Assembly: GCA_045863335.1 (NCBI GenBank)
Contig: BTVY01000022.1
Span: 1 to 64,000 of the forward strand
Reading direction: 5' to 3'
Length of the DNA stretch: 64,000 nt
Source of the DNA: Candidatus Hydrogenedentota bacterium
Lineage (GTDB): Bacteria > Hydrogenedentota > Hydrogenedentia > Hydrogenedentales > SLHB01
The notes under the pieces are model-generated. The model saw only the letters and a program-made list of their open reading frames with translations, had not been told where the DNA came from and did no database searches. Each line of letters begins with the position of its first letter. The stretch's first letter is position 1. Shown one piece after another: positions 18,407 through 27,873 of this stretch. Position numbers and translations under genes: made by a program.

Positions 18407-19993
18407 ATGACTCGACTGTGTGTAGTGCTGTGTGCCGCGGTTCTCGTGGCGGGGACGTTTACCGCGTTTGCGGAACTGGAAAACGTCCAGGTGGGGGGCG
18501 AACTCCGGATCAAGTCCGACTGGATTCGGAACTGGGCCGTGCAGCCGGGGCCGTTCGAAGTCCGGGTTCCCAATTTCTTGCTGCCGCAGCGGCCTATCGG
18601 CGAATTCGTTTCGGGCGCGCCGGCATTCAACGGGCTTGGTCTTGTCAGCCCCTATGCCTACGACGACGACACGAACGATCTCTGGCTCATCGAGCAGCGG
18701 ACGCGTCTCAACGTGAAAGCGGATTTCACGAATGACGTGGCGGCGTTCATCGAACTCGAAAGCTATGACTTCTGGGGCGAAGACTTCCGTTCCGACTACG
18801 TCACCGGTCTCGACAACCGCGCCGTGACCAACGACGACGTCGAAGTCTACCAAGCCTACATCGAAGCCGCGAACATGTGGGGCACGCCGCTCCAGATGCG
18901 CATCGGCCGTCAGGAACTCGCCTTCGGCAGCCAGTGGCTGGTCGGGCCGAAAGACTTTGGACCGTTCTATCGCGGCCGTTCCTTCGACGGCTTGCGTCTG
19001 ACCTGGCCCGGCGAAACCTACAAGATCGACGCCTTTGCGGCGCAGTTGTTTGAAGGCGGAATCAACGAACAGGACGGCGACGTCTGGTTCTACGGCGTGT
19101 ACGCCTCGTGCACGGCGATTGAAAACATCACCTTCGACGCCTACTGGATGTGGTTGCGCGACGCCCGCAGCCTGAACGACACCAATTTCATCGCGCCCAT
19201 CGAGTGGCTTGAAGACATCTTCAATTTAGACGACTACGATGCAACGAACCTGCACACGGTCGGCCTGCGCGCAGCAGGCGCCTTCGGTGCGTTGGATTTC
19301 GACGCGGAAGTCGCCTATCAGTTCGGCGATGCCGAGCGTCAAGGGTTCTTCTTTAAGCCGTTCATCTACGGCGACGACGGCGCGGAGTTTGACGCCTGGG
19401 GCGCTACGTTGGACGCGGGCTACACCTTCGACATCATGTGGCAGCCGCGCGTTTTCGGGAAGTACGCCTACTACCAGGGCGAGGACAACCGCGACCTGTC
19501 CTTCATCGAGTGGTTGAATCCTTTCTACCGACCCGAAGCCAGCGTGAGTTTCAACCGCTTGTTCTCGAACCACATGTACAACGGGTTCTTTGACCTGCAG
19601 AACGACTTCTCCAACGGTCACGTGTTCGTGCTCGGCGCCATCGCCCACCCGTCGGAGTCGCTTGACCTGTACGCGAGCGTCAGCTACTTCCTCGTGGACG
19701 AACCGTTTGATATGCCGGCCTACACGAAGCTCGGCAGTTGGCGCGTTCCTCTGGCCCCGGCACTGTCGTTCTGGACCAAGGAAGGCGACGACGAAATCGG
19801 GTACACCTCCGACATCGTACTCACCTATCACTACAGCGAAGACCTGATGTTCATGCTCCACTGGTGCCACCTCTTCGCGGGTGACGCCCTGGAAGACGGC
19901 AGCTTCTTCGCCAACAACGGCCTCGTCTTCGGCGGCGGCTCGGACGACCACGACGGCGACTTCATCACCTTCGAAACCCGTATCTGCTTCTAG
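18407..19993 (+). CDS. Alginate-export-family outer membrane beta-barrel
   Basis: Signal peptide, EQRTRL, YQAYIE, IGRQELAFGSQWLVG, SFDGLRL, C-terminal F. Confidence 0.85.
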   Translation: MTRLCVVLCAAVLVAGTFTAFAELENVQVGGELRIKSDWIRNWAVQPGPFEVRVPNFLLPQRPIGEFVSGAPAFNGLGLVSPYAYDDDTNDLWLIEQRTRLNVKADFTNDVAAFIELESYDFWGEDFRSDYVTGLDNRAVTNDDVEVYQAYIEAANMWGTPLQMRIGRQELAFGSQWLVGPKDFGPFYRGRSFDGLRLTWPGETYKIDAFAAQLFEGGINEQDGDVWFYGVYASCTAIENITFDAYWMWLRDARSLNDTNFIAPIEWLEDIFNLDDYDATNLHTVGLRAAGAFGALDFDAEVAYQFGDAERQGFFFKPFIYGDDGAEFDAWGATLDAGYTFDIMWQPRVFGKYAYYQGEDNRDLSFIEWLNPFYRPEASVSFNRLFSNHMYNGFFDLQNDFSNGHVFVLGAIAHPSESLDLYASVSYFLVDEPFDMPAYTKLGSWRVPLAPALSFWTKEGDDEIGYTSDIVLTYHYSEDLMFMLHWCHLFAGDALEDGSFFANNGLVFGGGSDDHDGDFITFETRICF

Positions 19994-20017
19994 CGAACGA
20001 CGCGTATTCTGAAGATT

Positions 20018-20057
20018 GGTTCGCGCTCACCCTTCGGGGTGGGCGCGAACCGTTTTT
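20018..20057 (+). terminator. Rho-independent terminator
   Basis: GGTTCGCGCTCACCC-TTCG-GGGTGGGCGCGAACC followed by GTTTTT. Confidence 0.9.
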
Positions 20058-20119
20058 GGCAAGGAGATGCATCGATTCACATAAAGATGCACGAAAGATA
20101 AATATTATTTATTAATGAC

Positions 20120-20147
20120 TTGATTTTATGAAGAACTTATGTATAAT
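20120..20147 (+). promoter_or_regulatory. Sigma70 promoter of the DUF2089 operon
   Basis: TTGATT-16-TATAAT in an AT-rich patch, directly before the ATG. Confidence 0.65.
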
Positions 20148-20152
20148 AATGA

Positions 20153-20494
20153 ATGATGACCATGCAAAAAGATAATTCGCTATCTACCGAAGACGGCCGG
20201 AAACTACCGCGAAGTTGCCCCAGTTGCGGCGCGCCGTTGCGCGTTCAGCGGTTCACTTGCCGCACCTGCAGTACGGCCGTTGAAGGTGAATTCGCGCTTC
20301 CGGTCTTGGCCCGCCTGGAGCCGGACGAACAGGAATTCCTGCTACATCTGCTGGAAGAGAGCGGAAGCCTGAAAGGCCTGGCCCAACAGTACCAGGTTTC
20401 TTACCCAACGGTTCGCAATCGGCTCGATGCGCTGCGCGAAAAGGTGCGGCGCCTGATCGCGGAGCAACACAGGCCCGACAAGGGGGACCAATGA
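20153..20494 (+). CDS. DUF2089 family protein (Zn ribbon + HTH)
   Basis: CPSCG..CRTC..VEGEF, GSLK and VSYPTVRNRLD motifs. Confidence 0.88.
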   Translation: MMTMQKDNSLSTEDGRKLPRSCPSCGAPLRVQRFTCRTCSTAVEGEFALPVLARLEPDEQEFLLHLLEESGSLKGLAQQYQVSYPTVRNRLDALREKVRRLIAEQHRPDKGDQ

Positions 20495-21177
20495 ACGCCG
20501 AAGGTTCAGGAGATACCGCGTCGGCACGTCTCTGGAGAACGTGGATATTCAATCCATTCCACTTTGTCGCGGGGGGCAAGGCCCTCGCCGTAGGGCTTGC
20601 CGTGATTGCTGTCGCGGGCACGGTGAACTCCCGGACGGGCAGTCATTTCGACGGCGTCTTGGATTTTCATACCGGTGCAATCCTTCCGTGGTGGACCTAC
20701 TGGTTGGAAGGTCCCATCAACTGGTTCATCTTGAGCGCCCTGCTCTTGCCAGCCGGTTGGGCGTTGTCCAAGAGCCGCGTGAGGCCGATCGACGTATTCG
20801 GCACGCAAGCGCTGGCGCGGTTTCCGACGCTCGTCATGGCCCTGTCCATGTGGCCGCCCTTCGTACAGCGGGCGAATCAGCGTATGGTGACCGCGCTCTT
20901 ACAACTGCAGCAACCCGGGACCGTTCAGTCCAACCAGGAGATGTGGGCTACGCTGCACTCCACACTGGCGCCTATGGACATGGTGATTTCCCTTGCCGTG
21001 GTGTTGATTGTTCTCGCGATGCTGGTCTGGATGCTTATCCTGATGTACCGTGCGTTCGCAGTTTCCTGCAACATCTCCGGTGGCAAAGCCGTGGGCGCCT
21101 TCATCGTGCTGCTTGTCGCCGCGGAAATTCTGTCGAAAATCGTCCTTGGGTTTGTCTACTACCTGGGAAGTACGTGA
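20491..21177 (+). CDS. Yip1-like integral membrane protein
   Basis: About five TM helices, FNPF..AG and FDGVLDFH motifs. ATGA coupling to DUF2089. Confidence 0.6.
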   Translation: MNAEGSGDTASARLWRTWIFNPFHFVAGGKALAVGLAVIAVAGTVNSRTGSHFDGVLDFHTGAILPWWTYWLEGPINWFILSALLLPAGWALSKSRVRPIDVFGTQALARFPTLVMALSMWPPFVQRANQRMVTALLQLQQPGTVQSNQEMWATLHSTLAPMDMVISLAVVLIVLAMLVWMLILMYRAFAVSCNISGGKAVGAFIVLLVAAEILSKIVLGFVYYLGST

Positions 21178-21279
21178 ACGGTACCAGGTTCAACATGTGA
21201 AAAAATCAGGATGGTAAACGTTTGATAGGAGAGCCCAAGCCCCGCTCCGCAGGAGCGGACAACGATGGGGGATTCAATC

Positions 21280-21717
21280 ATGAAACTGATGAACTGGGTT
21301 GTCGCAATGATGACAGTCGTGGCCGGGGTATTCTTTATGAGCGGCTGCGAGAAACCGGCCAACGATACTGCGTCCGCATCGCCTGGCGGCGGAGACGTCG
21401 CTTTGGCTGCTACGGCGTTGAGCGACAAGGCGAACGGCGTCGTCGACCAACTCGCTGCCGGAGATTTCGCCGGGGTCACACAGAACTTCGACGCGACCAT
21501 GAAAGCGGCGCTGCCCGAGGCCGCGCTGCAGCAGACGTGGGCCAGCCTCACGCAACAGACAGGGCCCTTCAAGAGCCGCGGCGCCGCTCGCTCCGCGACG
21601 GAACAAGGCTTTGACGTGGTCTACGTGGAATGCATCTTCGAACGCGCGACCATGAGCACGAAAGTCGTGTTTAGCCCGGCTGGCGAAGTCACGGGCCTCT
21701 TTATTCAAAGGGGATAG
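21280..21717 (+). CDS. DUF3887-like lipoprotein
   Basis: Lipobox MSGC; FDATMKAAL..LQQTW..G.F..FE..VTGLFI. Confidence 0.75.
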   Translation: MKLMNWVVAMMTVVAGVFFMSGCEKPANDTASASPGGGDVALAATALSDKANGVVDQLAAGDFAGVTQNFDATMKAALPEAALQQTWASLTQQTGPFKSRGAARSATEQGFDVVYVECIFERATMSTKVVFSPAGEVTGLFIQRG

Positions 21718-21729
21718 CCACCGACCGAG

Positions 21730-22554
21730 CTATCCTTTACTACGGCGATTGATGGGGTAGTTACCGGGCTGGCCGGAAAAGGGCAGCGCCAGCAGACGAT
21801 GCAGTCGCTGCAGCGATGCATTCCGGAACTGGGTCAGGCCGATGGTCATCCCTTCATGTCCCGCGGCGGGTTGATCGGTGTACGTGCCGCAGAGGCGATC
21901 CCACCAGGGCAGATTGAATCCGAAATTGCTGTTGGATTCGTTTACTTCGACTGAATGGTGCACACGATGCATGTCCGGCGTAACAACCAGCCAGCGCAGC
22001 ACACGGTCGAGACCCAGCGGAATGCGCACGTTACTGTGGTTGAACATGGACGTGGCGTTGAGCACTACCTCAAAGATGAGCACCGCCACAGCCGGAGGGC
22101 CCAGCACGGCCACCGCGGCCAGCTTGATCCCCATGGACAACAGAATCTCGAAGGGGTGAAAACGCAGCCCCGTGGTCACGTCGAAGTCGAGGTCCGCGTG
22201 ATGCACCATGTGCAACCGCCAGAACAGGGGTACCGCGTGAAACATGACATGCTGCAAATAAATGACGAAATCCAGGACGACGAAGGAGACTACCACCGCC
22301 AGCCAGTACGGCGCATCGAAGCGATTGAAAAGACCCCAGCCCCATTCTTCGGCCAGCACGGCCATGCCCACCGCGACCAGGGGAAAAGTGAACCGTAAGA
22401 GCAAAGTATCGATTACGACGATTCCGAGGTTGGAAAACCAGCGGACTCCGCGGCCCATGATCGGTCTGCGCCGTGGCGATAGCAATTCCCACAGGGCCAA
22501 AAGCGCGAAGACCCCGAGAAAGAATCCAATTCGAATGGCCGCTTCATGCTGCAT
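21730..22554 (-). CDS. Sterol desaturase / fatty acid hydroxylase family
   Basis: His boxes HVMFH, HMVHH and HRVHH; NFG...WDRLCGT. Confidence 0.92.
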   Translation of the reverse strand: MQHEAAIRIGFFLGVFALLALWELLSPRRRPIMGRGVRWFSNLGIVVIDTLLLRFTFPLVAVGMAVLAEEWGWGLFNRFDAPYWLAVVVSFVVLDFVIYLQHVMFHAVPLFWRLHMVHHADLDFDVTTGLRFHPFEILLSMGIKLAAVAVLGPPAVAVLIFEVVLNATSMFNHSNVRIPLGLDRVLRWLVVTPDMHRVHHSVEVNESNSNFGFNLPWWDRLCGTYTDQPAAGHEGMTIGLTQFRNASLQRLHRLLALPFSGQPGNYPINRRSKG

Positions 22555-22596
22555 TACAGCGCTCCGCTTTTGTGACACAGGGGAAGTCTATTGCAA

Positions 22597-22874
22597 GGGT
22601 CATCCTGAGCGACGGACCACGCTGGGGGCGTGGCGAATCGCGGGCGAACATCCGCCAGCGCCTCTTGTCGGGATCGCTATCGGGATCGGTATCGGGATCG
22701 AAATCGCTGTGCGCTTCCCACTCGATACCGATCCCGATAGCGATCCCGATACCGAGAAACCACGACTAATGATACCAAATGACTTGCGGACCATGTTCTT
22801 AGCAGCGAAGCGACGGATCTCACTCAGCGTTTGCGCAGAAGAACCAAGATTCTTCACTGCGTTCAGAATGACCC
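22597..22874. repeat. Composite intergenic repeat: GTCAT(C/T)CTGA-type REP ends enclosing an ATCGNN hexamer inverted repeat
   Basis: Outer IR 22597-22611/22860-22874; inner hexamer arrays 22668-22706/22723-22755. Confidence 0.7.
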
Positions 22875-22899
22875 ACGATGCGAATTTCTCGCATCGATT

Positions 22900-23268
22900 C
22901 TAATCGACCAGCGAGCGTGACCGGTTCCGGTACCAGACGATCGACAAGACCAGCATCCATGCCGCCGCGATCAGCAGTCCAATCGCTTCCCGCGCTTCTT
23001 CCACGCCGCGCTCGCCCATCTGCAAATCGGTCAGGAGATGGGTCGGATTGTCCACCACGATCCCGGGAAGCCAGTAGAAGAACCCGGCCAGATAACCGAC
23101 GACACCCACAACGGCGAAGACGGTGTACCGCTTGGCCACTGCGAACGCGGTTACCACCGTGCCGTAGCCGTAAATCAGCATCCAGACGAGTCCGTCCGGG
23201 TCGTTGTACTGGACCACAACGCAGAGCAGCAGCAGGATAAACATGATGATCGAAACAACGCGCAGCAT
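22900..23268 (-). CDS. Transmembrane 220 family protein
   Basis: VQYNDPD...W..IY and EEAREAIGL motifs. Confidence 0.85.
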   Translation of the reverse strand: MLRVVSIIMFILLLLCVVVQYNDPDGLVWMLIYGYGTVVTAFAVAKRYTVFAVVGVVGYLAGFFYWLPGIVVDNPTHLLTDLQMGERGVEEAREAIGLLIAAAWMLVLSIVWYRNRSRSLVD

Positions 23269-23411
23269 TTGTACTCCCAGAGTTGTTTGACGCCGGATTA
23301 TAGCGCTCCCGCGCCGCTGGCACCATTCTTCCCACAAACGAGCCCGTTTTCGTGCTATGCTGGAGACGGGCACGGCGTGGGCAATCTCTCGGGACGGTAC
23401 GGGGGATAGCC

Positions 23412-24773
23412 ATGCGAATCCTGCTATTGACGTGTGCAGCCGCGCTCGTTGCCACCGCTTCCGCGCAGCGCGTGCTCGTTGAACCCAGCGATTTCACTTA
23501 CCTCGGCGCGTTTCGCCTACCCGGCGGCGAGGATCGTCCCCAGACCTTCGCGTACGGCGGCGGGGCCATGACCTGCAACCCGAATGGCGATCCTTCTGGA
23601 GCCGCCGACGGATTCCCCGGTTCGCTGTACGTCATGGGGCATGTCCGGTTGCCCTATGGCGAGTTGCCCGACGGAAATCAGATCGCGGAGATCGGCATTC
23701 CGGCTCCCGCGCGTTCCAGCGATCCAGGTGCGCTTCCGCAAGCCGAGTTCATTCAGTCCTTTCGCGACGCGGCACAAGGCCTCTTCACCGAGTATGCCGA
23801 AATCCCGCGCACGGGTATGGAGTACCTGGACACGCCGGAGACCGGCCCGCAAATCCACCTGGCCTGGGGGCAGCATTTTCACGAGGACGCCCAAGGCCCC
23901 ACACACGCGTGGATTAGCCCGAACCTCGCCGCGCCAGCCGCGCAAGGCGCCTGGTACATCGGAGAATATTCGCTGTACAGCGTGAATGACTATTTGTTCG
24001 CCATCCCCGATGCGTGGGCCGCCGCGCACACGAATGGACGGCTCCTCGCCACCGGCCGCTACCGCGACGGAGGCTGGTCGGGGCAGGGTCCCGCCTTGTA
24101 CGCCTACCGTCCCTGGAACGAAGGTGGTGATTCCGCTGCGCCCGGAACCCATCTGGAGGCGACGGTGCTGCTCCAGTACCAGAGTTCGCAGGCCAGCGAG
24201 GACGTCGTCGCGCGATCGCTTCAAGGATATCAGCATGCCGACGAGTGGGAGGGAGGGGCCTGGCTTACCACGACTACCGGAAAGTCCGCCGTCCTCTTCG
24301 CCGGCACCAAAGGGACCGGCGCGAAATACTGGTACGGTTGGGTGAACCCGGCGGGGCCTGAAGTGCCCTGCATCGAGACCGCCTTCGTAAACGACTTCCC
24401 GACCTGCCGGCAAGCCAACGGCACGCCATGTCCTGACGCGGACCTGTCAGGTTGCGACGGTCACAACGACTACCGCGGCTGGTGGGCGTCGCGCATGACT
24501 GCCATGATCATCCTCTACAACCCGGACGATCTGGCGCGGGTTGCCGACGGCGAAATAGAGCCCTGGGAACCGCAACCCTACGCTCGGCTTGGGATCGACA
24601 ACCAACTGCTTCTGAACCCGTCAGGGGTAGAGCCCGAAATGCTCGGCACCGGCGTCCAGCGGCGGTACCGCATCGGTTCAGTCGCCTACGACCGCGAGCA
24701 CGATCTGCTGTATATCCTGGAGCCCTTCGCCGATAACACAAAGCCGGTCATACACATATGGCGGGTACAGTAA
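23412..24773 (+). CDS. Secreted hypothetical protein, probably beta-propeller-like
   Basis: Signal peptide ending ASA; YLGAFRLP; Gly/Trp-rich; C-terminal AYD...LYI...PVIHIW. Confidence 0.7.
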   Translation: MRILLLTCAAALVATASAQRVLVEPSDFTYLGAFRLPGGEDRPQTFAYGGGAMTCNPNGDPSGAADGFPGSLYVMGHVRLPYGELPDGNQIAEIGIPAPARSSDPGALPQAEFIQSFRDAAQGLFTEYAEIPRTGMEYLDTPETGPQIHLAWGQHFHEDAQGPTHAWISPNLAAPAAQGAWYIGEYSLYSVNDYLFAIPDAWAAAHTNGRLLATGRYRDGGWSGQGPALYAYRPWNEGGDSAAPGTHLEATVLLQYQSSQASEDVVARSLQGYQHADEWEGGAWLTTTTGKSAVLFAGTKGTGAKYWYGWVNPAGPEVPCIETAFVNDFPTCRQANGTPCPDADLSGCDGHNDYRGWWASRMTAMIILYNPDDLARVADGEIEPWEPQPYARLGIDNQLLLNPSGVEPEMLGTGVQRRYRIGSVAYDREHDLLYILEPFADNTKPVIHIWRVQ

Positions 24774-24888
24774 GCGAGCCTTCGCGGCGGTTCGTGAACA
24801 TACGGCAATGCATCTCGTCCGGTTTGGTATAGTGTTTAATCGGTCAATAACTCCGCTACATCGCAGGTTGAATTCTGGGAGAAGACAC

Positions 24889-25860
24889 ATGCACTTCGTG
24901 ATAGCCGCGAGAACGGTCGTGCAGTTCAGTCTCTTGGCGACGATTCTGCTTTGTCCCGCCGTGGTTGCCGACGAGTCCTGGACCGTCGAAACCGTGCTGG
25001 GCGGCCACAGCATGAAGCTGGTGCGCGGTGATGAGTCGCAGCTTGCCGTGTTGCACGGTGTGAAGGCGCCGAAGCGCAACACGCCCGAAGGGGACGTGGC
25101 GAAACAGTTTCTGGAAGAACTGGTCCTGGGGCTGCCGGTAAACGTGGAAGTGGTCCGTGAAAGCCGCGGGATGAATTACGTCACGCTCAAGTCTGAAGAC
25201 GGCAGCGATCCCGCCGCCATTCTGTTGCAGTATGGGCTCGTCGAGTGGGACGAGATTCTCGCACCGGATGCGTCGGAGTATGCCGCCCTGGAAGAGGACG
25301 CCAAGGCGAATCAGCTCGGTCTCTGGGGTGAGCCGTTCCCCGAGCCGGAATCTGAAGAACGAGCCTATGTCTTGCGGTCGGATGCGGGCGGGACCCGTGA
25401 AGCGTTAATCACTGAAGACGGCACCACCATCCTGCGCATGAAGGGCAACGAGGTTCCCAACTACGAAGTCCGCGCCCGCGCGAGTCAGGAGAAGGAACGC
25501 CGGGCGGAAGAGCGCCGCGCATTCCTCGAAGAACAGGCGCGGTTGCGTGAGGAGGCGGTTCGCCAACAGCAACTCGCCGCGGCGGCCGCGGAAGATCAGG
25601 CGCGTCAGGACTACCTGTACAACTTGCAGGCCCAGGAACAGTACCTGCGCAACCAGAATCTCTATCTCAACAACGAGTACTGGCGCCGGCGGCTATACAA
25701 TCACTATCCGTATCCATTCCCGCATTACTATCCCCGCGTTTATACGCACGTGACCCATGAATCGACGTCGGGATCATCGGGTTCGCCCACGCATGGCGCA
25801 ACCCACTCGCCGTTCCTGAACGTGCACGGCAATCGCGGGACGGAAGAACGGGAGGATTAG
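24889..25860 (+). CDS. Thermonuclease (SNase)-like secreted protein with coiled-coil tail
   Basis: LHGVKAP, LLQYGL and EEDAKANQLGLW pattern; catalytic residues appear substituted. Confidence 0.65.
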   Translation: MHFVIAARTVVQFSLLATILLCPAVVADESWTVETVLGGHSMKLVRGDESQLAVLHGVKAPKRNTPEGDVAKQFLEELVLGLPVNVEVVRESRGMNYVTLKSEDGSDPAAILLQYGLVEWDEILAPDASEYAALEEDAKANQLGLWGEPFPEPESEERAYVLRSDAGGTREALITEDGTTILRMKGNEVPNYEVRARASQEKERRAEERRAFLEEQARLREEAVRQQQLAAAAAEDQARQDYLYNLQAQEQYLRNQNLYLNNEYWRRRLYNHYPYPFPHYYPRVYTHVTHESTSGSSGSPTHGATHSPFLNVHGNRGTEERED

Positions 25861-25861
25861 G

Positions 25862-27703
25862 TCATTCCCTGCGGAAGACCCCCGCTTCCGCGTAAGCGAA
25901 CGAACCCCTCCACTCGGGCCGCCAATAGAGGATCGTCACGCCGTCCCGGGCGTCGCCTTTGTCGAAATCGCTCACGCCGACGTTCAGCCGCACCTGCGTC
26001 CAGTCGCCGCCCTGATGCGCGTTGAGATAGTCGACGGGTATCGCCACCTCCGCGGTGAAACCGTCCGCGGCAGGCTTGCTGGCGGCGCGCACGCCGTCCG
26101 GTTTGTCGCCAAACTCGAATTCGGCGCCCTGCTCCGGCGATATTTCGGGCCCTGTGATGACGGAAAATACGCCCACCTTCGGATCGTCTTCGGACGAGGC
26201 GCGCGCATCCACGGTGACCATCACGAAATCTTCCCAGTACTTCCACCCATCGAAGCACGGCTCGTTGTCCATCGCGCGGACAGCGACATAGACATACGTA
26301 TCGTCCCGCGTGACCCCGAACCGGAACGCGCCATCGTGGAAGCCCTTCCATGCGGGCACGTTATGGAAGATCTCGCCGGGCTGGTCCACGGTGAACGGTA
26401 AATCGCTCCACTCTCCCAAATCGCCATCGAGCGTTGGCGCGGACTCCGCCTCAGGGATGGCGTAGGGCGCGTCAATGGGAATCCGCAGTTCCCCGTTCAG
26501 CGCGATCGACGGTGTGTTGTTGCCCGTGTCGTAGAACGCTTCCCAGTGAAGCACTACCGGTTGCACTTCCGGCAAAGGCAGGCCCGTATCGGATGTAATG
26601 CGCAGCTCCGTCGTATGTTGAGAGGACCCCGGAATCAGCGTCGCAATGGTGCTGGGTTCCGCCCGCACTCCATCCATGGTTTCCGTCAACACCTTGACGC
26701 GCAGCGGCGCGGCGGATGGGTTCGTAATGGTTACCGTCGACACGCCGGAATTGAACGAATCGCCCTCGAACAGAATCGGCGTCGCCGTGATGGCCTCGTC
26801 CTTCTGAAAAAGGGCGAGTTCCTTCATGGTTTCCGGCGTGCGGAACTGGCGATCCAGAATTCCGTCCAGGAGAAGATTCACGACCCGGGGGCCGTCGTCT
26901 CTCATGGTGACCCAAACCACGCCGTCAAATTCGCCATAGGCCGTGCCGCGCAATCGCGAGCCGCCCCCCGTTGTGGCCATGGTAATGTACGATATGCCCT
27001 CGCTTTCCTGGCTCAGGTAGTTGTGCGTGTGGCCGGCGAATACGGTGCAATTCCGCCCCTTCAACGCCTCCTGGATCTCCGGCCACCCTTGCGCGCCCTT
27101 GTCGTTCCACAACGGCTTGTGCTGAAACACCAGCGTCCATCGGACGTCCGGATGCTCCGCGAGCACCCGCTTCGCGTAAGCGATCTGTTCGTCGCCGATT
27201 CCCGTACCGTTGTCGGGCGCGTCGTTGGTGGACAGGCAGAGGAACAGCACGTCCTTGTACACGAAGTGGTAGTACGGCACGCCGAACCGCTCGTTGTAGA
27301 TCTCTGCCCAAAGCGGCCGGCCCACGTCGTGATTCCCCGGCACGAAGAAGAAGGGCATCTCAAACCCGGCGACAATCGCCATGAAATGGTCCCACTGTTT
27401 GTTGAGGGCTTCGCGCGTGTCCTCGTAACCCTCAATGAAATCCCCGATGCTCATCACGAACTCGGGTTGCAGCAGGTTCAGCTTGTCCACGGCTTCGGAG
27501 AAGATCCCCGGGCGCGGTCCGCCGGCGTTGTCCGTAACCACGGCAAACTGGAAATGATCGGGATCGTTGTGAAAATCAAGACTGGTCCAGGGCTTGGCTT
27601 CCGTGGGCACTTCCATCTCGAAACCATCGACCGCCGAATCCTGCCCGAACGCCGATGCCACACCAATCAGTCCCAAGGTTAGAACAAAAAACATCCTGCA
27701 CAT
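25862..27703 (-). CDS. Secreted metallophosphoesterase with C-terminal CBM9-like domain
   Basis: TDN, GDFIEG, GNHD and AGHTH motifs; PTLDGDLGEW and AEVAIP. RBS GAGGAG. Confidence 0.85.
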   Translation of the reverse strand: MCRMFFVLTLGLIGVASAFGQDSAVDGFEMEVPTEAKPWTSLDFHNDPDHFQFAVVTDNAGGPRPGIFSEAVDKLNLLQPEFVMSIGDFIEGYEDTREALNKQWDHFMAIVAGFEMPFFFVPGNHDVGRPLWAEIYNERFGVPYYHFVYKDVLFLCLSTNDAPDNGTGIGDEQIAYAKRVLAEHPDVRWTLVFQHKPLWNDKGAQGWPEIQEALKGRNCTVFAGHTHNYLSQESEGISYITMATTGGGSRLRGTAYGEFDGVVWVTMRDDGPRVVNLLLDGILDRQFRTPETMKELALFQKDEAITATPILFEGDSFNSGVSTVTITNPSAAPLRVKVLTETMDGVRAEPSTIATLIPGSSQHTTELRITSDTGLPLPEVQPVVLHWEAFYDTGNNTPSIALNGELRIPIDAPYAIPEAESAPTLDGDLGEWSDLPFTVDQPGEIFHNVPAWKGFHDGAFRFGVTRDDTYVYVAVRAMDNEPCFDGWKYWEDFVMVTVDARASSEDDPKVGVFSVITGPEISPEQGAEFEFGDKPDGVRAASKPAADGFTAEVAIPVDYLNAHQGGDWTQVRLNVGVSDFDKGDARDGVTILYWRPEWRGSFAYAEAGVFRRE

Positions 27704-27873
27704 GCTCAAGAACTCCTCCAAACGATTTCCGAATCGCCAAGCTGGCCAATGGCTGTTCAATGCCCCGAGTGTACGCCTTGTATCGCATACGAACAAGAGC
27801 AAACCCTCGTTTCGTTGCACCCACTCCTCCGATTCGCGAGAATATGATATGACATCATTTGGGGAGAGGTTGT

